64,000 nt of DNA, from NCBI RefSeq assembly GCF_009914755.1, contig NC_060926.1. One strand, given 5' to 3'. A program made the position numbers and the translations under genes. Positions 41,669-57,829 of this stretch are shown in pieces; position 1 is the stretch's first letter, and every line of letters starts with the position of its first letter. The DNA is from the human T2T-CHM13v2.0 reference genome, Homo sapiens. The notes under the pieces are model-generated. The model was not told the DNA's origin, did not search any database, and saw only the letters and a list, made by a program, of their open reading frames with translations.

Positions 41669-44600
41669 TTCCCTTAGTCAAAATCATGAACAAAGTTGCC
41701 AACTTTGAAAAAGGCGTTTTGCAACAGTAGCCTTGGAATCTGTTCAACAAGGCCTGGCCCAGTCACTTCTCTAAGATTTTTACAGCCTGCTAACCAGATG
41801 GAAGTCCAGGTATCCACAACCTCTATGCATACTCAGTGGAGCGTATAGCAACAGAAAACTATCAATGAGTGCACCAGCCTCTCAATCTTAGGACACATAA
41901 GTTGCCTGAATCAGCCACTGAATGTGTTTATATTGAATGGCAACTCCTTGCTTGCTATTAGGCACTGATGGAGACTGAACATGTTAAGGCTTCAGCACCA
42001 TGTGTGACTGTGACACTGGTCCCTTAGCTGTCCATTCTCACTTGGATACTTACAAACACCATTAGTAAAACTGAACAATCTGAACAGAGCCATGTTATCA
42101 AATGGAAATGGCACATTCTTGATCAGGTTTAGTCAGGACCCCACAGGATCTGTGGCTCCATGAACAAATGGGGAGCTTGCTAGAAGGGACCAAATAACTT
42201 GTAGGTGATAATTTGGCTCTTTATTTGCCCATGTGGAGCCCAAGATTCAGAGATTTCCATATGGCAGGAGTCACTGAAGGCTGAGCAAAACGCTAACTGA
42301 CAGGTCCACTAGGTGTGGCCACCATTCAGCCAGTGGATGGCCACTTTTTTAACTGAAACTTAACATGGGCTTTCTACCCAGTGGGCAAAACTACATTCAG
42401 TGGTAATGGCCATGCAGGCTGTCCCAACAACGCACCATGCCACATATCCACTAAATCCTCGGCCATTGCCAACAGCCTTGCCATCTGTTCAGGAAAATGG
42501 CAACTGAGAGACTGGACTATTAAAGAATCCCCAGTGTGAAGGAAAGGACTATGGCCACAGCTTTCCACCTGCAGGAAAAAGAAATATGATGCTCAATTTG
42601 ATGCTGGGACTACCTAGGTAACCCTTGAGTGCAATTTATGTCATATTTTTGGATACTCCATGAGACTTCTCACTCACAAAGGAGCATCTTTCACTGCCCA
42701 AGCAACATGACAATAGGCACACTCTCATGGAACACGATGAACTTTCCATGCACCCTGCATCCACAGGCCAATGATCCTAGTGAATGCTAGATCAGTGGAA
42801 TCACACAGCAATATGCAGAAAGGACATCTACAAAGTCTGTTAATGGGGTGGTATCCCATCTGACTAGAGAAATATGTACATTAAGGATCCTGGGCCACAA
42901 AAAGGGAAATAGTGCATGTTGAGAAACACAGAGCTGGGTGGAAGTAAAGGTAGGCCAGGCAGACACTTATATTAGTCTGGACCTGTGAAAGCTATTTCAG
43001 TGTTCCTAACCATTCCTTTTCTTTTTTTCCTTTAGAATATATGCTCTGGGGTGGTTTGCAATCTAGGCCATTACAATGCCCCAGACAGGCCCCCTAACTC
43101 TAATAGGAGGATTATGTTTCCTCTGGGTGCTTCCTTTCTACAAGATCCCACAGTGATGGATAACAAGACTAAGAAATATCATGGAGCTAGGGGCCCTCTT
43201 CTGGTGCCAGGGACATCTTATCCTCCCTTTAGTGTTGGTGATATTATGAAATATGACCAGTTTTTATAGGGCAGAATCTCCCTTCCTGGAGTGGACAATC
43301 AGGACTGAAATATCTGGATCAAGTGACAAAGGCAATGGATTGTTCACAGAGCAAGGACAGCCAGACCGCATTCCTACACCAACACGGCCCAACCCTTGTA
43401 GATGGGTAGGGGACACCTGAGACCCTGGGATGGGTGAGAGATGATGCATTAACCTGTGAGGCTGCATTTTGACAAGAATGAGGCAGCAAAGGCCTAGAAG
43501 CACAATGTCTTTGTTAGCTTCTTTTAGGTCACCAGGGTGATCTTTCAAAATAGTGAATCTCCCATTCTTGACCTCATTCTGTCATTAACTAGAGGTTCCC
43601 TTTCATTCCACCAAGGGTAAATTACACCAACATTCCTAATACTAAGGTGTACATCAAAAGGACCCAAGCACTGGCCCACGAAGTGAGAATCTGACACCTG
43701 CCACATGGGAGGAAACTGGAGGACCCCTGTTTAACTTAATTGCCTCTGGCGAATGTCATGACCACAACTAAAAAAAACATTGGTGGACTAATATTTTGAT
43801 GCACCATACTTTTTTGATTGCATAGATGAGAAACATCCCAATGGCAATGATAAAAACAAGGACTGGACTAATGCTAGCCCTCTGTCTACAGACAATATTG
43901 TATGAGCAAAACTTTGCTCACGCAACTCTACTATCAGTGAGACTTGGCTAATGAACGCACCAATACCAGCATAACCATGACTGAGTGATTGAAGAAAAAT
44001 GGGAAAAGGGGGGCTGTATGCACCCAAGGGCTACATCTTTCTCTGTAAGCGGTTTGGGAGTGACCAAAATGCAGGATATGTGATGCCATCTCTGGATATC
44101 TGTGGAATAGTGAGATCCTGCATGTTGGGCATGCTGGGGTTGTCTCTGGATATTGTTCCTTGGAATTAGGTAAATCATAGAGCCTGAAGCCCAAAGCTGT
44201 ACCTCAGACTTACTAGGGACCTACCAGAAGGTACAACAGATGATAGGTTTATGTCTTTTATGATATTTTTGGTACTACGTATAGGAGTCAGTGCTCATGA
44301 AAAAAAGTGAAATGATAAGGAACTTGTCCCTGACCATGGCAGATATTGCTCCTCCTCCATAGCCACTGCCTTGGTAACCCAGCAGACATCCCTTAACTCC
44401 ATTGGGATGGATGTTTAAGATAACAGTGTTGCTCTAGACCTTTAAAAAATCCCAACTGGGAGGAATGTATACAATTTCCAATACCCCCTGCTATACCTGG
44501 ATAAACACCTCAGGTATCCTAGAAATTCAAGTAGAGGAGATCTGGAAACAAGCTCATAATTGCAGAAAATGGATTCTGCAGATTCAGAAAATCCCACCTG

Positions 44601-45356
44601 AAGGATTCTTCTTTCACCCCTTTAGCAACTTCTTCTGTGGATCATGGGATCCTGGGCTACATAACTGCTTCAGGTGGGCCTGATCATTCTGCCTCTGGTA
44701 GTAGTTTTCATTGGCCCAGTGAAATCTTTTCTGGCTCTGTCTCAATGATGTTGCTTTGAGATTGTGTCAGTCAAGGTGCTTCATCCCTCTGACAAGACAC
44801 ACCTCTGCCTCCAGTTCACGGTGGTTGGTAGGCATATAAAATGGAATAGCTTTCTACGGGGGATGTCTGTGTTGGGGGACGACTTCACTCCAGTCCTCCG
44901 ATGGTCCTGGACTCACTTGATTTTCCCCACTCTCTTTCTTACACTTCTCAAGAATAATTGTAGAATGTGCTGGAAATGTAACATTCTGAAATAGCGAGGG
45001 ACAGGTCAGAACAGACTGGCTTCTGATCCAGCTCCCTCTAGTACTGTCCTCCTGTACTTAAGTCCTCCAGTACTTTAGCTCCATGTGTCCTGTGACACCA
45101 GGGTTTAAAACCCAGAGCATCTTCTTTCTGGGGTTCCTTAGCTCTGGTCCAAGAGGGGTACACACAGTCAAGATTCCATCAGCCCCACTTACCTGTGCCT
45201 CAGGGTAAAGACCCACAATAAATCCTCAGCTTCTGCCGTGCCTTGCTGGCCACCTGTAAATACTAAACTAGATTCTTGTAACTTGTTGTGTATGATTGTT
45301 CTGTCTCCCTGGACTCTGACAGGTTGGTAACCAGGGCACAGCAAACCTGTTTCACA
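41669..45356 (+). mobile_element. ERVL-type provirus remnant with pol/IN traces, env TM trace and 3' LTR at 44864-45356 (LTR47-like)
   Basis: ORF 44465 YTISNTPCYTWINTSG is a decayed CX6CC-region TM motif; PPT GGGGGA followed by TG..CA; paralogue of 17341-19290. Confidence 0.65.
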
Positions 45357-47363
45357 GCAGTCACTGTCATAGAGACAGAACTTGATTACAGGTTGCCAGG
45401 GACTGGGAGCAGGGGAAACGGGGAGGGGGTTGTCATTTAATGGCTATGGAGTTTCAGTTCTGGAAGATGGAAAGAGTTCTGGAGATGGATATTACTGATG
45501 CTAGCCCAACAATGTGACTATACTTAATGCCATTGTCCTGTACACTTGAAAATGGCTAAGATGGGCAATTTTATGTTCTCTATACTTACCATAGTTTAAA
45601 AACTTCACATCTTTATTATGATATTATTGGATCAGAAGGCATCGTTCTATTTTCTAATTTTCTCAGCAAATGTTAATAAATAATCACTTAGAGATGCCAT
45701 TGTTTACACCACATCTTAACAAACAGTGTTTTTTTTCTAGAGATGAGGGGGTCTCCCTATGTTTTCCAAGCTGGTCTTGAACTCCTAGATTTCTGCTACC
45801 CTCCCTACTTGATCTTGCAAACATCTAGGATAACGGGGATAAGTCCCCGCACCTGGTCTTAACTATCAGTTTACCAGGAGGTTTAACAGGGAACTTCCTT
45901 GAAAATGTGTATTCCATTGCAGCCACCTCTAAGGCCAGACAATCTACTAAGCTATATTTCTGCACCCAAGTGCACTGCTCCCTCTGTGATGCCACATGCC
46001 CTCAGCATGAAGTCCCATAAGGAGAACAAGGCAAGGAGGCAACCAAATGTTCTGAGTGGAAATTATTGTGAAGGGCTGGCATTAGAAGAGCATCAGTATT
46101 GCAGTGCTACTTGACTAGCAAAACACTCTCTGGCTTATGTTGCTGGATATTTTTTTCCTCAAACTTTTGCTAATACTGAATACTAGGGTTGATATGAGAA
46201 CCTTACTATGCTAAGTCTAGTTAAATGCCATTTCATTGAAGATATATTGCTTTATGGAATATAATAAGTATTGAAAATACTTATTACTACTCCAACACTC
46301 CCTTTATATATCATGTTACCATCCTAAACATTATGGCTTGATAAAAGTGTTTGATAGGGAACTAGGACAGTATTGATTCTGTTCTCAATGTCCTGTAACA
46401 CATCAATTCCCCAAATTGACAAGAAAATGGGAAGAAAAACATAGCTTAATAATCACTAGCTATTCTGGTTACTGTTGAGTAACAATTAGGTGAAATCTTA
46501 AAAAAAATTGAAATATTTTGGAGGGTGTGGAGCTATAATAAGTTATTGGTGGACATGTAAAATATTATAGCCACTTTGGGTAAAGTCGGACAGAGTATTA
46601 AACACTTACTGATAAACACAGCAACTACACGCCTAGGTATTAGCCCAAAAGAAATGAAGACATATGTTCATGCAAAGTCTTGTTCAAGAACATTCACAGC
46701 AACTTTATCCATAATAGCCCAAAATGGAAACAACCCACACGGCAATCAATAGATGAAGGGATCCATCATAAAATTACTGAACAGTTAAATAATACTCAAA
46801 AATAAAGAGGAGCACATAATTAGAACACAGGACATCTGAATGAATCTGAGAAAGAGTCATGCTGCACAAAAGTCACCAGACACAAAAGAGCGCATCCTAT
46901 GTTTCATTTATGTGAAACTCTTACAAGGAAAATGAAATCTGTACTGACAAGAAGCAGATCAAAATTCCCTGATCTGTGAGGCAGAAAGCAAGTTGATTCC
47001 AAAAGAGTGGGTCAAAATGTTTTGGAGCTATAGAAATGTTCTATGTCTGGATTTTGGATGTGGTTCTAAAGATGTATTTATTTGTGACAGTTCATTGACA
47101 ATGTGTTTTATTGTAATCATTTTTTTTTTACAGTGAACTTAGTTAACAGCGAGCAAAGCAAGTGTAAGGCCAATTGGGTAGTGTTGTCTTCACATCTTCT
47201 GTCTTGCAGTGTACTGAAAATTGTATGAGCCAGAATATCTGAGAGATAATCTCTGCTTTGAAACTGAAGAACTGTGTATCTCATGGCAAGATTTCTCTTT
47301 TCCAAGTACTTTGGATTTTTCTTCTATAGAATGAGAATTTAAATACACTTCACAGATAAAGTC

Positions 47364-49109
<1,746 letters not shown>

Positions 49110-51568
49110 TTATATTTTGAGACTCATAGCAATTGCCCTCGTTCTGCAAACATTTCTAGAGGTAGCAGGCCAGTGGTGCTCACAGCAGTGTCTAGCATGC
49201 AGTATCTGTTCTATTGTTCATGAAAATTGTCTCACATAGTCTAGCAGTGGGCAGCAGCAATTAGGTGTTGACATCATTTCCCTGAGTCTTGTTTAATAGA
49301 CTCCTTAATAAATCATTTTCCTACTATTAAATATAAATTTTGCAGATATTTAGAGATAATTGGCTTATGATAATTGCAATTAAGGAACCTTGAGGACATG
49401 TTAGAAATCACAAAGTTTAGGATATTTTGCAAATGTTATGCTTCCAATAGCTAGGTTACCCTAAAACCTCTCTTACAAAGTATGCTTCCCAAGATGTTCC
49501 CAGGGGTCACAGGACTAGTCAATGCCAGTAAGTACAGGACAGATTTCACACTCAGTACAAGTACCTGATATTTGAGGAAACTAAAGATGCCAGAACACCC
49601 TAGCAGAACCCTCTCCCCAGTGAATCACACAATTGTATAATCTACCTCCACAGAGAACAAGCGGAACCTAGACTTGCTTCTAATCCATATGATATGTCAT
49701 AGGTTATGAGATGTCTTTCCAATGATTGTATTCGATAAGCCTCTGTCATAGCAGACTGGAAAGAGACACTCTCTGAAACCTTCTGCTGACCATGAACAAG
49801 CAACCAGCCATGTGGGCATTGCCTGTGTGAGCATCACATGGCAGGGAATTGTCCACAGCCTCTTGGAACTAAGAGCAACCTTGAGCCAAGAGCCAGTTAG
49901 AAATTGAAGCTCTGAGTCATAGAAATGCTAAGGAATGAGCTCTGCAACTACCTGAAAGAGCTCTAAAGTATCTATGTTCTCAGGGGACTCACAGGTGAGA
50001 ATGAAGCCCAATCTACACTGTGGCACATTCTTGTGAAATCCAATGGCCAGGACCCGACAAAGCCATGTGCCGACTGCTGACTCAGAAATTGAGAGATGAT
50101 AAATGGGTGTAGTCTTAAGCTGATAAATTTGTGGTAATTTGTTACATGGCCATAACAAACTTAGCACACATTTTAAGAACAAATAGTAGACCGAAGAGCA
50201 GCCATGCCACTGACATTGACTGTAGATGGGCACAGTCTTATTCTCATTGTGACCTTAGGGTTTCCAAGCACTGTGAGAGAGAGGAAAGCTTCGATGTGCA
50301 AGCCCTTTCCAAGACTCCACTTGTGTCACATCTGCTATTATCCTATTGGCCTGAGCAAGACACATGGGCAACACCTGCATCCATTTAGAATGAGGCCAAC
50401 CAAAGGATGAGTACAGGGAAGGGATTTATTGTGGCTAATTGTGCAAGTAGTTTATCCATAAATTTTTTATCATTATTTGCTGAGAAATACCCTGACAAAA
50501 AGAAACCTCTTTAAAAGGCTTAAAGGTTTTAGGTTGTAGGTTCATTCATTGTAGCGTTCTGCTTTATATCCAAGTATAAATAATTGAGAACTCCTTCAAA
50601 TTGTTATTTCCATGATGGTTTATTTTCCCCATACCTTTATAGGTAATTTTGGTCCTGCAATGTGCTAGCCAAGTTTAATGTGCAGAGCTGACCATTTGCA
50701 CAATGTGACTGACATGCCACTGCACCTTGAATGTGGACCTTGACTTGTGGTGATCTATGAGAATCTGCTTCTCAAAAGAATGTATTTGTCACCCCTTTGA
50801 TCTTTATCCTGTCTGAATACACACACTTCTCTATTGTTCCATGGCTAATCTGTATGTTGTCTCTATTAACTCACTCTTGCCATAAGTGACTAAGAGCACC
50901 TAACACAGAAATAATAAATACAACCAGTTCTGAAAATTAAAATTAGTTAAATAGCATAGGGACATTATAGAAAAAAATGTATAACTATCTTAAGTATAAA
51001 GAAAATGAAGTCTTCGTATTTTGCAAAGAAGCTGTGTGAACGCTGTGTCTGCAGGTTTCAGCCCCAGGGTGGGCCCCTGCCTTTCCTGTGACTGAGCATA
51101 TTGCCTTTCTCATACCTGCAGTCATCCAGTGAAGTGACAGGATGGGCTGAGCTGAGCTGTACTGTTGGGCCACCCTGGGGAGATCTTGGTTATATAAGAT
51201 GCATTTCAGAGGATAACAATAACTGCTAACAGCAATAAATGACAGCAGTTCAGCTTTGTTCATGTAGAATTTCTCCCAAACAACCCACAATGAATAGACT
51301 TGAACCCCAGAGTTGATCTGGGAACAAACCTAATACAGATTGGGGAATAGGACCCATCTTCCTGACCCATGTAAACCGATACCAAAAGTTGTCCAACCTG
51401 CACATCAAACCAGCTTCCAGATAGGTTAAAGAAGTCACATCAGACCATCCAGTCACAAATGAACCACAGGGTAACTGCAGACACAAGAGCGGACTCAGCA
51501 GAGATCAGTCCAGCCAGCCCAGAATGGAAGAACCACAGAGCTGACCCTCAGAATTATAAGGAGCTGTA

Positions 51569-51903
51569 CAGTCAGCTCTCTATCCATGGGATCTGCATCC
51601 ATGGATTCAACTAATCCTGGATCAAAAATATTTTGAAAAAAAAATCCACAAAATTCCAAAAAGCAAAGCTTGACTTTGCCATGTGCTGAGTAACACTTGG
51701 ATGAATCTACACAAGTTAAGTCATGTGTAGACATCGTACTAGGTACTATAAGGAGGCTAGAGATGGTGTGAAATGTACGGGAGGATATGTGTAGGTTATA
51801 TGCAAATATTGTGCATTTTACATAAAGGTTTTGAGTCTCCAAAAATTGGAATATCTGCAGGGTGCCCTGGAAACTATTTCCCATGGATACTGAGGGAGGA
51901 CTG
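51569..51903. mobile_element. Tigger4 (MER46-type) MITE
   Basis: TA-CAGTC...TATCCATGG and CCATGGATAC...GACTG-TA inverted ends; truncated copy at 5789-6011. Confidence 0.75.
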
Positions 51904-53429
51904 TACATACTCATTTTATGGCATTTTGTTTGGAGCTGGTTTGTTTTCAAAGAAGAGTTAATAATACAACCTGTTTTTGTGAACAGGAGCCAATAGAGTT
52001 AAGTGATAGTGTAGTCCCATTTATTGCAATTTTTTTGTGACTGCAAAGTCTATTTGCTTGTTTTTTAAAAAAGATAAGAATACTCTTACCTGATTATCAT
52101 GGACTTTGGATGTCTTCCTTATCTCCCCAGCAAAATACAAACTATGAAGAGCAGCACACTGACTATGAAGAGCTGACTATGAAGAGCAGCACACTGCTAT
52201 TCAAACTTCTCATTACTCAGAATAATCCATGTTTTACATTCAGTGGGTTGTTTTCAATGTGTATAGGTTAAGAGTGTTGATTATGTCTTGGAGAGTTTCT
52301 TATTAACTTTTCATTATTCATTCATTCAATAAAGTGTTAATTGAGCAACTATGCTGGTCCAGGAACGTATCTAGGCTGCACCCCTGAGAAAGTCAGTGTC
52401 TGACTCTCATTTACCTATATCTTTTCTGGTGAAAAAAAGGCCATGTCTAATTAAACATAAATCAACAAAAAGATTCTAGAAAAAGTTAAGGGTCATAAAG
52501 GAAAAAAATGGCAAGGGAAGAGGAAGTGGTTAATGAGGAAAAGGAGTCAGTTAGTTAGGGAGGTAGAGGCTACTTTTTCTGAGGAGGTGACTGACCTGGA
52601 TGAGGAGAACAACTGACCTGAAGAGAAGTTTCTGAAGGGCACTGAGGTTCATGACAATCAAGGCGCTTAGAAGGAATACAGTATGAACGTGTGAAGGACA
52701 GAGAAAGGCACTATGAGGAGAGTGACTTAACTGAGGTAAAAAAGAGAAAGTTTGTGAGGGGGCAGGTCAGAGACATTTTCTCTCAGTGTCTTAAAGATCA
52801 CCACATGTGACTGATGTGAAATTAATAAGGCCTTCATTTTCTGTTTGGGGAGCAAATGTTTTGTAGGTACAGCAGGACATTCTGGGAATTTTTTTAACCA
52901 AAGTACCCCCATGGTCATATTTATTTTTTAGCAAAGTAATGACTCGAATTGGGCTGTGAGAAGCAGAAGAGATGCTTATCTGGGCAAAGTGGATCCTGGC
53001 ATTAACTAGTTTTGGGGCAGTGAAGATTGTTGGAGACATAGGCAGATGATACCATATTTTTAAATCAATGTCATTTACACTCCTTGGTGTGAGAAGAGTC
53101 AGATTAGGAGTGACCTGGCAGCTTTGGCCTTAATCTATTAGATAGATTCTGACTTACTGATGTTAAATGTATTAGCGGCCAAGAAAGTTGAGATAAAATG
53201 AAAGGAGTTTGTTATTTTTGCTCAATTCTAGATTGAGACACCAATGAACATGCAGATTAAGTGGGCAGGTTTGCAAGTGAGTGGAGTTTGAGCTCAGAGA
53301 AAAGAAAATACGCATAGGTATTCAGCAGCGCTTACAGGGTAATTTATGGTATTAAAACCACGTGTATGAATATGCATCTGCACATATTTATGCCTGTGTA
53401 TGCATGTAGATAAACATATGCATATGAGT

Positions 53430-54990
53430 ATTTTTCAGAAAATAAAAGGGATAAAACCAATAATCTCCGCTTCCACCTTATGAAACTACATAAAGAGGAG
53501 CAATTTATATCTGAAGTAGAACATGAGCAAAATAAATAATAAATATTAGGGCAGAAATCAATAAAACTGCAAACAGAAAAAGTGACACTGAACACCAGGC
53601 AGACCAAAGGCTGGTTCTTTGGAAAGAACAATATTGTATAGTTCCCATATATTTGAAAATTTGGGGGTTACATTTTCAATATTGATTTCTAGTTTGATCC
53701 CTCCATGGTCAGAGAACACATTCACTGTGATTTTAATTATTGCAAATATGTTGAGAGGTTATGTGGGCAGGATATGTCCTATCTTGGTATATGTTGTGGG
53801 CACTTGGAAGAAAAAAATGTGAACTTCTATTGTTATGGGTTGGAGTGTTCTATAAATGTCAGTTAGATCTCGTGGGTTGATGATATTGTTGAGTCCTAAA
53901 TCCTTGCTGATTTTCTGTCCAGTTGTCCTATCGAAGATTAACAAGGGGTTTTGAAGTCTCCGTGTGCAATTGTTTTGTTAGTTTCTGCCACATGCACTAT
54001 ATCGCTCTTTTGCTTGGTGTCTACGCACTTAGAACTGCTCTGTCTTCTTTCCAAAATGACTTTCTTCATTATGTAATGTACCTTTCTGTCCCTGGTAACA
54101 TTCTTTGGCTCTGTAGTCTACTTTATCTGATATTAGTATTTGCTACTGATTCTTTTTATTAATGTTTGCATAGTATACCATTTTCCTTCCTTTTATATTC
54201 AATCTACTTATACTGTTATATTTGATGTGAGTGTCTTGTAGATAACATACAGTTGGGACATTTCTTTTTATTCATCAATTGTCTTTTTCAAAGTTTCATA
54301 ATTTGCATATTTAATATATTGATATTGATATATTAAAATTTAAGTCTGCACTCTACTTTTTTGCTGTATCTTTTTTTGCTTCTCTGTTTTCTTTTTGCTG
54401 CCTTCTTTTGGGTTACTTGAACATCTTTACAATTTCATTTTAATTTTGCCTAATTTTGGGGTATCTCTTTTTATAATGATTTTCAAATTGGTTGTCATAG
54501 TATTTCCTTTATATGCATAGCTTCTCACAGTATGTTGGCATCAATATATTACCATTTAAAATAAATATAGAATTTTACCTTTTTTATGTCATGTTTCCTC
54601 CCCCATTGTAAATAGATTGTTTTTTAAAAGTAATTTATCTGCATATATTAGGAAAAAAACAGTATTACAACTTTGATACAACTATCACACATGATTTAGC
54701 AATGCATTATATCCATCTATCTTCTCATTTTTGTAGCCTTTTGTCCCTAACATTATTTAATATCCTCTCTTTATCTTTAGTTTTATCTTCCTAGGGCTCA
54801 TTTTGCCTATGTTTAAAGTGGATCTGTTGGCAGCAAATACTCTTAGTTTTTCTACAACTGAGGACTTCTCAATTTGTCCTTCATTTCTAAATAATAATTT
54901 TACTGGACATAGGATTTTAGGGCAGCAGATCTTTTCTTTAAATACTAGAAAATATGTCATAATTGACACCAGATAACAAGGTGGAAATAT
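53430..54990 (-). mobile_element. Old L1M fragments (mostly antisense; 53430-53625 sense)
   Basis: ORF 53759-53944 QKISKDLGLNNIIN..DLTDIYRTLQP is an L1 endonuclease remnant. Confidence 0.8.
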
Positions 54991-55171
54991 TTCCAAGAAC
55001 AGAGGACAACCATGCTCTCAGTGAGGTGAAAGACATCTCTTCCCCTTGCATTAGTTTCCAATGCTGCTGTTTAAATCACCACAGTCTTATTGGCTTCACA
55101 CAAATAAAATATAGTACCCCGTGTCAGAAGTCTCACTGAGCTAATGTTAAGGTGTCAGTAGGGCTGTAATC

Positions 55172-55615
55172 TGTCACACATGTGTGTGTGAAGAGACAAC
55201 CAAGCAGGCTTTGTGTGAACAATAAAGCTTTTTAATCACCTGTGTGCAGGCTGACTGAGTCCGAATAAGGAGTCAGCAAAGGGAGATAGGGGTGGGGCAG
55301 TTTTATAGGATTTGGGCAGGGTAGTGGAAAATTACAGTTAAAGGGGGTTGTTCTCTTGTGGGCAGGGTCAGGGGTCACAAGGTGCTTTGTGGGGGAGCTC
55401 CTGAGATTCATTTTCCAGGAGAAGGAATGTCACAAGGTTAATTGATCAGTTAGAGTGGGGCAGGAACAAATCACAATGGTGGAATATCATCGGTTAAGGC
55501 AGGAATTGGCTATTTTCACTTCTTTTGTTGTTCTTCAGTTGCTTCAGGTCATCTGGATGCATACATGCAGGTCACAGGGGATATGATGGCTTAACTTGGG
55601 CTCAGAGACCTGACA
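55172..55615 (-). mobile_element. HERV-H 3' LTR (LTR7 family)
   Basis: Minus strand starts TGTCAGGTCTCTGAGCCCAAG, preceded by the PPT AAGAAGATAGGAA; TATAAAA and ATTAAA present. Confidence 0.95.
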
Positions 55616-55772
55616 TTCCTATCTTCTTATATTAATAAGAAAAAACAAAATAGTGGTGAAGTGTTGGGGTGGCAAAAATTTTTGGTGGTGGTATGTAGAG
55701 AGAATGGGCATTGTTTCTTAGGGCTGCTTCGAGTGGGATTAGGGGTGGCATGGGAACATAGTGTAGAAGATA

Positions 55773-57522
55773 TTAAACTGAAGAAAGATTTTCGGGTAAA
55801 GGGTGGTATTGTGGGGTTGTTATAAGGAGCATTTGCCATATAGAATGATTGGTGATGGCCTGGATGCGGTTTTGTATGAATTGAGAAACTAAACGGAAGA
55901 CACAAGGTCTGAATAAGAGAAGGAGAAAAACAGGTATTAAAGGACTAAGAATTGGGAGGACCCAGGACATCCAATTAGAGAGTGCCCAAGGAGGTTCAGC
56001 ATAATTATTTGCTTGGTTGGTGAGTTTTTGGGCTCTATCCTTGAGTTTTTTTATGTTGTCATATACCAGGCCAGATTGATTTAGGTAAAAACAATACTCT
56101 TCATTTAAAAATACACAGAGTCCTCCTTTTTCAGCGGCAAGTCAAGGCCTTGGCAGTTTTGGAGGACAACCACAGCTAAAGATTCAACCTGGGCCTGAAC
56201 AACTGATAAAGTTTGTGATATGTCTGCGATGCTAGCAGAGAAGTCATTAGAAAGGCTACGGAAGGTTGTGACAGAGGTTGAAATGCCTGCTATTCCAGTT
56301 CTGAGAGCAATAGTGGAGGCAGAAAGTCCTAAACTGACAAGTAAGGGAATTAGTGGAATAACACTTTTTTATCGTGTCGGTTTCATGAGGGGAACAGGAA
56401 GCTGTTTGGTCCCATTTGCAAATTGAATCTAGGGACTTAGGAAAAGTAGTGTGCATGTGCCTGTCCAATTAGCAGATAGACACATGTAGGTAGAGAATCC
56501 ACAGAGGAAGAAGAGACCTTGTGCAAGGCAATACCAGAGCTGCAAAGTGAAAAGATGAGAAGGAGTACTAAAAGAGGTGTATTGTACCCAGACTCCTAGG
56601 GATCCAGCTAGCGCGGCAGCCGTCAGAGGTTGTAATGGGGACTGATGGGGTAACCGCATAGAGGGGAAGGTTCGATTTTCATGGTGTAAGAGAAAGTGTC
56701 GAGTGTCTATGAGCAACCTTTCACTGTTATTTACGGGGCTGGGTATAAGCAAACAAGAAGAGGGCCTGGGAGGAGAGTCTGAAGAGCAAGGGGAAGGCAG
56801 CAAAGGATGGAGTGAAATACAGGGTAATGTCTTCCTAAGCAATAATAACTGCTAATGTTTTTAAGTTTGTCAGTACTGATAGAGGGCTTATCTGTAATAT
56901 GGAGCTGGAAAGCCACAATTGTTTCAGTGGTATGTGTAGCTGGGCTTTGGAGATCAAGAGTGAAGGAACATCGAGAAGATGCAAGGTTACCCAGGGGAAT
57001 TCCAGTGGGTATTTGCCAAGAGATACATAAAGGAGCAGCCACAAGAATAGCAGCTTGTGTTGTGAGGGGTCTAAATATGGGGGGAGTAGAGTTGATATAA
57101 GGAGAAAGGTTTTTTAAGTAAGTGCGAAGAAGGGCAGCAGCTTGCTGATGTGAAATGTCTGGGGAGGTCTTCCTGGACCTGTCTAGAAAGTAAAGAAGTT
57201 CTTCAGGAGGGTAAAGGTGAGGGCTGTTAAAGGAAGTTCGGAGATGTACGGAGACAGGAGATGTTGCCCAGTAGGTATGTAAGGCAGGGACAGCTTTGTA
57301 AGCGCAGGAAGAAAGGGAAATGCAAAGCCAGCAATTGTTCACTAAGGAGGGATTAGAAATGGCTGGGAGAGAGTGAGTGAGACTGATAGTGTAGTGGAGA
57401 TAGTTGGGGAGAGGGAGAGGGTGGCATAAGAATGGGAATGAGAATAAGAGTGAGTATAAAAAAAAAGAATAGGACTTCATCATGGTGAAAATATTGGAGT
57501 GTGCCCTGCCAGCAAAGATCAT
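55773..57522 (-). pseudogene. env: HERV-H env, full-length region with frameshifts and stops
   Basis: MIFAGRA..NNCWLCISL (ORF 56731-57522), LPCISLHP..ANWTGTCTL (56429-56842), decayed LQN..GLDL/AEKGGLC immunosuppressive domain at ~56100-56170, and TM/tail MSWVLPILSPLIP..YHPLP (55773-55970). Confidence 0.93.
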
Positions 57523-57829
57523 CTATCCACTCCAAGAGGGAGTCAAGAGTGGTGGTTTGGCAATAGGGCCAGGAGATATCAGCTGTGATGGTTTGGAGAA
57601 ACAGTGTAAACCGGCAGTATAAACAAGAGCAGGGCATTTATGAGTAGTTGAGAATGGTGAATAGGAGTATGACTAGACAGAAGATAGTAGGGATGACAAG
57701 TTTTGGGGCACAGTCCAAGTAGTGGGGGTGACTGTGTAAAGCCCTGTTGCAAAAAGTAGAGTAAGGATGAATAGACCTAATAGAATGAAGGAACATATTA
57801 GGTTCATAAGGGTTATTACTGTTTTCAGA

